64,000 bases of DNA from an uncultured bacterium (lineage in GTDB: Bacteria; Edwardsbacteria; AC1; EtOH8): NCBI GenBank assembly GCA_963780225.1, contig CAWAAX010000009.1, forward strand, positions 64,001 to 128,000. Reading direction: 5' to 3'. This document shows, piece after piece, positions 57,017-64,000 of the stretch. The number at the start of each line of letters is the position of its first letter. Positions within the stretch are counted from its first letter, which is position 1. The notes under the pieces were generated by a model. That model was not told the DNA's origin. It saw only the letters and a list, made by a program, of their open reading frames with translations, and searched no databases. The position numbers were made by a program, and so were the translations under genes.

Positions 57017-58303
57017 ATGAAATCAGCAAAGCAAATATGGCTGGGACTGGTGTTGGTAATGATCACAGCCCTCGTCTTCTCGGGCTGCGGCAAGAAGGAT
57101 AATCCCTTTGAACCCAGTTCCGACGGCACCGCAGGCGTGTCCGCCTCCAACCTGATCAATTCAGGGGCGGTGACCATCACTCCCGGATTGGGCAACGCAC
57201 TAACCGACCTGGATGCCGGCACCGCCGGTGTGCAGGCCCAGATAATCATAACCTTCCCGGTGAACATTAACGCCGGCACGGTCAACCTTACCAACATCAA
57301 GGTTGACGGCATCCAGGACAGCTCCATCACCTACTACCCCGAGCTGAAGAAGGCGGTGATCTACGGCACCTGGAGCTCCGTCGCCGCTTGGATCAATATG
57401 ACCCTGACTACCGGGCTGCAGGCCCAGGGCGGCGGCTATATCGATGGCAACGGCAACGGACAGGGTGATGGCGCCCCCTACGATAACAAGCGGTATTACG
57501 TCCGGGTGGGCGCACCCGCCACCCCGGCCCCGGACATCATTCATCCGGCACTGACGGGCGGATCACCATATGGGGGCTCCATTAACCCCATTTACCCCCA
57601 GTTCTACTGCGTTTTCGATGCCAACGACATGGATTCCAACCTGGTCAGGGCCAACTTCAGCGTCAAGGACAGCACAGGACGGAGCATAGCCTTGAAATCG
57701 AACGGAACCAACTGGACGGGCAGCTCATGGTATGTCTATTTCCGGCCCACCGGGGCCGATTCCATACTGGCATCCAACGCGCCTTACACTGTAAACATCA
57801 ACCTTAACAACCTCAAGGATACCACCACCCCTGTACCCAATAAGGCGGTGTGGATGAGTTACGGCTATGTGGCCAACATCCCCAACGCGGTCTGGCCATT
57901 CCGCACTGCGGGCACGGCGCCCGGAGACTACACCCCGCTTAGATTGTCGGGAAACCCCAGCCTGACAACCACTGAGATGATCATCGCCTTCAACGACAGC
58001 CTGGATATGGCCACGGCCATTGCCGGCAACATCATAGTTTACAAGACCAGCGGCGGTACCATAACCGGGGCCATCTCCGGCCAGATCTATGCCCAGCCGA
58101 GCGACATACCGGCCAGGCAGGTGCGCTTTACCCTGGAGAACGCTCCGACGGGATCAGGAACCTACCGTCTCTACCTGAACCGTCAGATGAAAGACAATGC
58201 CGGATTGATGCTTGATGGCAACGGCAATAACATAGGCGGCGAAGTTGGGGTTCCGGGCTGGAACATTCCCTCAGACGACATCAGCTGGAACTTCTCACGG
58301 TAA
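57017..58303 (+). CDS. Lipoprotein with Ig-like (Big_5/SbsA-like) domains
   Basis: Lipobox FSGC, IAFNDSLD, two DGNGN motifs, W.F domain ends. Confidence 0.7.
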   Translation: MKSAKQIWLGLVLVMITALVFSGCGKKDNPFEPSSDGTAGVSASNLINSGAVTITPGLGNALTDLDAGTAGVQAQIIITFPVNINAGTVNLTNIKVDGIQDSSITYYPELKKAVIYGTWSSVAAWINMTLTTGLQAQGGGYIDGNGNGQGDGAPYDNKRYYVRVGAPATPAPDIIHPALTGGSPYGGSINPIYPQFYCVFDANDMDSNLVRANFSVKDSTGRSIALKSNGTNWTGSSWYVYFRPTGADSILASNAPYTVNINLNNLKDTTTPVPNKAVWMSYGYVANIPNAVWPFRTAGTAPGDYTPLRLSGNPSLTTTEMIIAFNDSLDMATAIAGNIIVYKTSGGTITGAISGQIYAQPSDIPARQVRFTLENAPTGSGTYRLYLNRQMKDNAGLMLDGNGNNIGGEVGVPGWNIPSDDISWNFSR

Positions 58304-58318
58304 TCGAAAGACCAAAAG

Positions 58319-58349
58319 AAAAGCCCCCCGCCTTTGGAGGGGGGCTTTT
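58319..58349 (+). terminator. Intrinsic terminator
   Basis: aaaagcccccc-gcctttgga-ggggggctttt, similar to 13533. Confidence 0.8.
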
Positions 58350-58499
58350 GCTATTTACAAGCGGCAAAAAATATGCGATAATTGAAATTAAATGTGGTTC
58401 TATTGCCTTGGTTAAGACAGGATTAACATGATTTGCCGGAATGGTTCTGATTTTTAGTAATGCAAATCTTGTCAACAACTCGAAGTATTATAAGCATTC

Positions 58500-59675
58500 A
58501 TGAAAAGGGTCATTCTGATAATCCTGGACGGTTGCGGGGTGGGAGAACTGCCCGATGCCGCCGATTTCGGCGACCGGGGCAGCAACACGCTGGGCAACCT
58601 TTCCCGGGCCATTCCCGGCGGGCTGAACCTGACTAATTTGCAGGCTTTAGGGCTGGGTAATGTCATTGATCTTCAGGGTCTCCCCCGAAATCCATCACCC
58701 AAAAGCTGCTGGGGCAAACTGACCGAACTCTCCAAGGGCAAGGATTCCACTTTCGGGCACTGGGAGATAGCGGGGCTGGTTACCGAAAAGCCATTGCCCA
58801 CCTATCCCCGCGGGTTTCCGCAGGAGATCATCGGACCTTTCAAAAAGGCCATCGGCCGGGACATTTTGGCAAACAAAGTGGCCTCCGGCACAGAGATCAT
58901 CAGGGAACTGGGGGACCAGCACGTCAAGACCGGTTTCCCCATCGTCTACACCTCGGCCGACAGCGTATTTCAGATAGCCTGCCACGAGGACATCATTCCC
59001 ATAGAGCAACTTTACGGCTGGTGTCAGAAGGCCCGGGACATCCTGACCGGAGAACACGCAGTGGGGAGGGTAATAGCCCGGCCGTTTACTGGAACTTCCG
59101 GAAACTATCAAAGAGTGGGAGGGCACCGCAAGGATTTTTCCCTAAAGCCGTTCAATCTCACGGTGCTAGATCACCTCAAGAACAGTGGCCTTCAGGTGAT
59201 AGGGGTGGGCAAGATCCACGACCTGTTCGCCGGGCAGGGATTGACTCAAAGCCTTCACACCGACGACAACCGGGACGGGATGCAGAAGATCCTAAAAGTC
59301 TTGCCGGATCTCAAACACGGCCTGCTGATGGCCAACCTGGTGGACTTTGACATGAGCTGGGGCCACCGCAACGATATCCAGGGCTTCTATCAGGGCTTAA
59401 AGGACTTCGACGCCTGGCTGCCAGAACTGCTGAAGGTCATGACCGGAGAAGATCTGCTCCTGATAACCGCCGACCACGGCAACGATCCCACCACGCCGTC
59501 CACCGATCACTCCCGGGAATACACACCACTGCTGGTTTACGGACCGGGGATCAAAAGCGGGATCAGCCTGGGAACCAGGGAAAGTTTTGCGGACATTGCG
59601 GCCACCTTGACCGATATATTCGGCATAAGAGGCACCGGACAGGGAACAAGTTTTTGGCCGGAGATCATTCTTTGA
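58500..59675 (+). CDS. deoB: Phosphopentomutase
   Basis: [59 protein letters not shown]. Confidence 0.95.
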   Translation: MKRVILIILDGCGVGELPDAADFGDRGSNTLGNLSRAIPGGLNLTNLQALGLGNVIDLQGLPRNPSPKSCWGKLTELSKGKDSTFGHWEIAGLVTEKPLPTYPRGFPQEIIGPFKKAIGRDILANKVASGTEIIRELGDQHVKTGFPIVYTSADSVFQIACHEDIIPIEQLYGWCQKARDILTGEHAVGRVIARPFTGTSGNYQRVGGHRKDFSLKPFNLTVLDHLKNSGLQVIGVGKIHDLFAGQGLTQSLHTDDNRDGMQKILKVLPDLKHGLLMANLVDFDMSWGHRNDIQGFYQGLKDFDAWLPELLKVMTGEDLLLITADHGNDPTTPSTDHSREYTPLLVYGPGIKSGISLGTRESFADIAATLTDIFGIRGTGQGTSFWPEIIL

Positions 59676-59746
59676 CAGGATTTACATGATTTCCATGATT
59701 TAGGGCATAAATTTTATCTGTAGGAATCAGTATTCTGACGGAAAGT

Positions 59747-60160
59747 ATGACGCAAAAGAAAAAAATAAACCGAACCGGGTTGGTCTCCGCCGCAAAAAAA
59801 GCCAAAGAGAGAGCCTATGCTCCGTACTCTAAATTCAAAGTAGGCGCGGCGCTTCTCGCTAAGAGCGGCAAGGTTTACACCGGATGCAACGTGGAGAACG
59901 CCTCTTACGGCCTGACCTGTTGCGCCGAGAGGAATGCGGTCTTTGAAGCGGTGGGCCGGGGTGAGAGAAACTTTGTCGCCATAGCTATCGTCTCCGATTC
60001 CCCGGAACCTACCGCGCCTTGCGGGGCCTGCCGCCAGGTGCTGAACGAGTTTGCGCCGGAGATGGAAGTGATCATGGCCGGGGCCAAGGGGCAGGTCAAA
60101 ACGAGGAAACTAAAAGAACTGCTTCCGGATTCCTTCGGCCCGAAATCACTAAAAATTTAG
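59747..60160 (+). CDS. cdd: Cytidine deaminase (homotetrameric type)
   Basis: AYAPYSKF.VGAA, GCNVENASY, CAE, PCGACRQ. Confidence 0.95.
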   Translation: MTQKKKINRTGLVSAAKKAKERAYAPYSKFKVGAALLAKSGKVYTGCNVENASYGLTCCAERNAVFEAVGRGERNFVAIAIVSDSPEPTAPCGACRQVLNEFAPEMEVIMAGAKGQVKTRKLKELLPDSFGPKSLKI

Positions 60161-60204
60161 TTAAGGATGTAGAGTAAACGCACTTCGGCCTTGCTCAGTG
60201 CAAG

Positions 60205-60357
60205 CATTGCCACGACCTTCAGGTCGTGGCAGGCAATCTTATGAAACCCGCGGGGCTTTAGCCCCAGATTGAAACTGTAACCCTCAACATACGGGGTTAT
60301 AAACCCCGGAGATGTTTTTCCCGATTCTACTGCCACGAGCTGAAGCTCGTGGCAATG
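60205..60357. repeat. REP doublet: inverted 28-bp hairpins enclosing two smaller hairpins
   Basis: cattgccacgaccttcaggtcgtggcag / ctgccacgagctgaagctcgtggcaatg; inner ggggctttagcccc and cggggttataaaccccg. Confidence 0.78.
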
Positions 60358-60416
60358 GGATTGGATACCCCTGAATAGTTCCTCAAAACAAAAATACAAT
60401 AAAAGGAGAGAAGACT

Positions 60417-60743
60417 TTGTTCGGAATAGCATTTGCAATGGGACAGCCGGGAGCTCCGGCTACTGGACAGCAGAGCGGCGGCGGTTTGCTGAGCTTGCTG
60501 CCCATCGTCATCATGTTCGTCATCATCTACGTCCTGCTGATCCTTCCCCAGCAGCGCCAGCAGAAGAAGCACGCCCAGATGCTTAAGGGCCTGCAGAAGG
60601 GCGACAAGGTCATCGCCGCCGGCGGGATCCACGGCACCGTGGTGGGAGTGGATGACGCCCGGAACATGGTGGTGGTCAAGATAGACGAGAACGTCAAGAT
60701 AGAAGTGCAGAAGTCCACGGTCTCGGTCAAACTGGAGAAATAA
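60417..60743 (+). CDS. yajC: Preprotein translocase subunit YajC
   Basis: One TM, PQQRQQKKH, LQKGDKVI..GGIHGTV; TTG start with AAGGAG. Confidence 0.92.
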   Translation: MFGIAFAMGQPGAPATGQQSGGGLLSLLPIVIMFVIIYVLLILPQQRQQKKHAQMLKGLQKGDKVIAAGGIHGTVVGVDDARNMVVVKIDENVKIEVQKSTVSVKLEK

Positions 60744-60750
60744 GAACCTT

Positions 60751-60834
60751 CACCACGAAGGCACCAAGACACAAATACCAATTTCCAATCAGCAAATAAC
60801 GATTAACAAATTTGTGCCTTCGTGTCTTAGTGGC
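60751..60834. repeat. 9-bp-periodic CAC/GTG palindromic element
   Basis: caccacgaaggcaccaagacacaaa...tttgtgccttcgtgtcttagtggc. Confidence 0.65.
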
Positions 60835-60843
60835 ATAACCGAG

Positions 60844-61383
60844 ATGTCAGCAACCAAACAAAAAATACTGCCCATCAGGGTTTATGGCGACCCGGTGCTG
60901 AGGCAAAAGACCGAGCCGGTGAAGAACATCGACGGCCGGCTGATCTCTTTGGCCGAGCAGATGATCGAATCACTGGCTTCGGCCCGGGGACTGGGTCTGG
61001 CTGCGCCCCAGGTGGGGCATTCGCTGGCCCTTTGCATCATCAATCTTCCGGCTTTGGATTCCAAACATACCGAGCCGCTGATACTGATCAACCCCAAACT
61101 GCAGGCCTCCGACGGCAAGATCGTCTACCAGGAGGGATGCCTTAGTTTCCCCGGGATGTACGCCGATGTGGCCCGGCCCCAGCACGTAACGGTCACCGGG
61201 CTGGACCGGGACGGTACCCCGCTGGAGATGGAGGCTTCCGATTTTCTGGCCCGGGTGTTTTTGCATGAGATGGACCATCTCAGCGGGGTGCTTTTCATAG
61301 ACCACCTCAGTCCCATCAAACGGCAATTATTGAAAAAGCAGCTCAAGGAACTAAGCGCAACGGCCGGGGACAAATCCAAATGA
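60844..61383 (+). CDS. def: Peptide deformylase
   Basis: GLGLAAPQ, EGCLS, HEMDHL. Confidence 0.95.
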   Translation: MSATKQKILPIRVYGDPVLRQKTEPVKNIDGRLISLAEQMIESLASARGLGLAAPQVGHSLALCIINLPALDSKHTEPLILINPKLQASDGKIVYQEGCLSFPGMYADVARPQHVTVTGLDRDGTPLEMEASDFLARVFLHEMDHLSGVLFIDHLSPIKRQLLKKQLKELSATAGDKSK

Positions 61384-62492
61384 GAAACATTTTCCGCCAA
61401 GTCAAAGGGCATTTGATCAAACTGGACCAAGACGGAGCAGGTATTTCCGAAACCGTAGGCCAAGCCGTGGATGCTCTGAACCGGGGAGCGGTGATGGCCT
61501 TTCCCACCGATACGGTCTACGGCTTGGGATGCCGGGCCGATCTGCCCCAGGCGGTCAAAAAGGTCTACCGGCTTAAGGGACGGAACTTTTCCAAGCCGCT
61601 GATACTATTTGTTAAAGATCCAAAGGAACTTACCGGGATCGTCAGACAGGTTCCGGAATATGCCCAAAAACTTATCGGCGCTTATTGGCCGGGGCCGCTG
61701 ACCATGGTGTTCTCTGCTTCGGACCGGGTCAAAAAATGGGGATTGGACAAAAACGGCACCATCGGGGTCAGGTTGCCCAACCACAAGGCTCTGCAAGCCA
61801 TTCTGGAACAATTCGACTGTCCCCTGGCCACCACCAGCGCCAACGTCAGCGGGACTCAGGAATCCTGCAATGTCCAGCAAGTGATGGAGTCATTCAAAGA
61901 TCCGGTGGACCTGATCCTGGACGGAGGGATGCTGCCTCGCTGCCGGCCCTCCACGGTGCTGGACCTGTCCCGGGAGCATCCGGTGATACTGCGCCGGGGC
62001 GATATCGGCCGCAGGGAACTATCAGAACTTTTGCAGCTACCGGTAAAGCAGGATAAGGTTGAGGTGCTGTTCGTCTGCACCGGCAACACCTGCCGCAGTC
62101 CCATGGCTGAAGGATACCTCAAGTATATTCTTCCCAAACAATGGAGGGACAGGGTGACCGTCCGCTCCTGCGGCACCAGGGCCCTGCCGGGGATGCCGGC
62201 CACGGACAAGGGACAGGAGACTGCCAAGAAGTGCGGCTTCGATCTCTCCGGCCATCATTCCCGGACCCTGACCGACAGCCAGATGAAACAGGCCGACATC
62301 ATAATAGCTTTGGAGGAGGGGCACCGGCAGGACGCCAGAAAACTTTTCCCCAAAACCCAAGTGGACCTTCTCTCGGTGGACGGAGTACCCGATCCCATCG
62401 GCGGAACGCTGGATGATTACGCCAGGACACTGGAACTGATAAAGCGGGAAATGCCGGATGTGCTGGAGAAGATAAAAGAGATCCTGGCCTGA
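61380..62492 (+). CDS. tsaC: Fusion: L-threonylcarbamoyladenylate synthase (TsaC/YrdC) + low-molecular-weight phosphatase (YwlE-like)
   Basis: FPTDTVYGL, K.R..KP, WPGPLT, TSANVSG; then FVCTGNTCRSPMAE and DPIGG. Confidence 0.88.
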   Translation: MRNIFRQVKGHLIKLDQDGAGISETVGQAVDALNRGAVMAFPTDTVYGLGCRADLPQAVKKVYRLKGRNFSKPLILFVKDPKELTGIVRQVPEYAQKLIGAYWPGPLTMVFSASDRVKKWGLDKNGTIGVRLPNHKALQAILEQFDCPLATTSANVSGTQESCNVQQVMESFKDPVDLILDGGMLPRCRPSTVLDLSREHPVILRRGDIGRRELSELLQLPVKQDKVEVLFVCTGNTCRSPMAEGYLKYILPKQWRDRVTVRSCGTRALPGMPATDKGQETAKKCGFDLSGHHSRTLTDSQMKQADIIIALEEGHRQDARKLFPKTQVDLLSVDGVPDPIGGTLDDYARTLELIKREMPDVLEKIKEILA

Positions 62493-62658
62493 AAAAATGT
62501 CCGGCTGCGGGCAGGCCAACAAAAAACTTGAATAGATTTTTATTTTTTGATATACTTAAGGCGTTGTAATGGCTTGCCCACGAATTATGGGAAATAATAA
62601 AATATTTTCGTGAGTTTTAGTGGGCAAAATGATTAAGGTTCCTTTCATAAGTTTAGCA

Positions 62659-62735
62659 GGGCGGTTAGCTCAGTTGGTTAGAGCGCTGGTCTCACATACC
62701 AGAGGTCACAGGTTCGAATCCTGTACCGCCCACCA
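62659..62735 (+). tRNA. tRNA-Val(CAC)
   Basis: Acceptor GGGCGGT/ACCGCCC, anticodon arm CTGGT-CTCACAT-ACCAG, GGTTCGAATCC, encoded CCA. Confidence 0.95.
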
Positions 62736-63036
62736 TAAGACTGGGAATAGATGATAGGGATTTGATGATTGGGATTTGGCCACAGTAGGTGATGAAATAT
62801 TATTTTTACCGGTATCAGAAATGATGCCGGTTTTTTGTTTGAAAAGATTTTCTCTCCAAAACCAAAGCTTTTTTGGCTGCGCAAAAATAAACAGCATTAA
62901 ACTCAATGCAATGCAATAGGATACAATACAAAAATAATAGAAAAAACCTTTGCAATTTTACCATATATTGTGGTATAATTACCGATATAATACACCAAAT
63001 AGTGTTTTAACCTAAAAAATCCAAAACCGGGATTTT

Positions 63037-64000
63037 ATGTATCTTAAGTCTTTTAAGGGCAGTGGGTTCAGGAATTTACATACCTTTGCCGTGGAGTTTT
63101 CTGAAAACAAGAATTTATTCTACGGTTCCAACGGTTCGGGCAAAACCAATCTGTTGGAAGGCATATATTATTTGTGCATCGGCCGCTCGATGCGGGAATC
63201 GGCCGAGGATGAAAACCTGATACGCTTCTCGGACGATATGTTCCGGCTGGAAGGCCAGATGCAGACCCAGCGGGGCGAGATGATGGTGGAATCCGCCTTC
63301 AACAAAGTGGAAAAGCGCTGCAAGATCAACGGCGAAGTGCAGCTCAAGCTGTCAGAACTCATAGGCCGGCTGCCGGTGGTAAGCCTTTCTCCCGAGGACG
63401 ACGAACTGTGCAAGGACGGACCAGGTGTGCGGCGGCGCTTCATGGACCTGGCCATCTCCCAGCTTTCCCGCAATTACCTGGCCGACCTCCAGGAATACCG
63501 GCGGCTGCTGCACCAGCGCAACCGTCTGCTGTTCGACATCCGCGAGGGACGGGGCCAGGTGGCATCGCTGGAGGCCTGGAACCAGCAGCTGGTGGCCTGC
63601 GGTTCACGAATAATCAACAAGCGGATCCAGGTGATAGACGACCTTAAGGAAACAGCCGGCAGCCGGTATATGGGTATTGCCGGGGGAAAGGAACGTCTGG
63701 GCCTCAGGTACAAGCTTTCGTTCAAGAGCGAGCCGGACGAGCCGGTGGAACAGGCCTTTGCCAAGGCCCTGGCCGCCAACTACGAGTTCGAAAGACGCCG
63801 GGGCATCACCATGTTCGGCCCCCACCGCGACGACCTGGAGATCTCCATCGGCGGCAGCAGCATCCGCAGCTTCGGCTCGCAGGGGCAGCAGCGCACCGCC
63901 GCCATCAGCCTTAAGCTGGCCGAGGCCGAGATGCTGGCAGTGCAGCTCAAGGAAAAACCGATCCTGCTGCTGGACGAGATCTTTGCCGAGCTGGACCGGG
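63037..64000 (+). CDS. recF: DNA replication/repair protein RecF (3' end beyond the window)
   Basis: Translated by hand: FRNL, GSNGSGKTNLLE, P..RRRFMD, QRN, GPHRDDL, GSQGQQRT, LLLDE..ELD; missing from the ORF track because there is no stop in the window. Confidence 0.93.
   Translation, partial: MYLKSFKGSGFRNLHTFAVEFSENKNLFYGSNGSGKTNLLEGIYYLCIGRSMRESAEDENLIRFSDDMFRLEGQMQTQRGEMMVESAFNKVEKRCKINGEVQLKLSELIGRLPVVSLSPEDDELCKDGPGVRRRFMDLAISQLSRNYLADLQEYRRLLHQRNRLLFDIREGRGQVASLEAWNQQLVACGSRIINKRIQVIDDLKETAGSRYMGIAGGKERLGLRYKLSFKSEPDEPVEQAFAKALAANYEFERRRGITMFGPHRDDLEISIGGSSIRSFGSQGQQRTAAISLKLAEAEMLAVQLKEKPILLLDEIFAELDR

Noticed and set aside
62659..62735. Reading the tRNA as Met (CAT)
   Set aside because: The 7-nt loop CTCACAT places CAC at the anticodon position, so it is Val

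Overview
Chromosomal window from a Gram-negative (diderm) bacterium with GC-rich genes and AT-rich intergenic DNA. No integrase, transposase, CRISPR array or rRNA was found. From left to right: (1) two Kbl-like (glycine C-acetyltransferase) paralogues separated by accessory genes bounded by direct repeats (AAA/DUF4143 ATPase, AT-rich methyltransferase and GNAT, MNT-HEPN toxin-antitoxin). (2) An M23 peptidase and tRNA-Val(TAC). (3) A three-gene chaperone-usher-like surface-fibre operon whose chaperone-like and usher-like proteins end in the same TPR module. (4) A large Pho locus: PhoR/PhoB, 11-bp-spaced Pho-box-like repeats, PHP hydrolase, OprO/P-like porin, two Pst transporters and PhoU. The second transporter has two ATPases with complementary degenerate motifs. 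(5) tex, an FAD oxidoreductase, a receptor-like coiled-coil protein, an HPD-less J/TPR protein, two PilT ATPases and an HD-GYP/kinase/receiver cluster. (6) A lamin-tail-domain protein, cobO, tldD/pmbA and a transglutaminase-ABC-DUF4388 cluster. (7) An outer-membrane barrel plus lipoprotein pair, deoB, cdd, yajC, def, a TsaC-YwlE-like fusion, tRNA-Val(CAC) and the 5' part of recF. Intergenic gaps hold several families of short palindromic and 7-/9-bp periodic repeats. All product calls come from reading motifs by eye; no database search was run.
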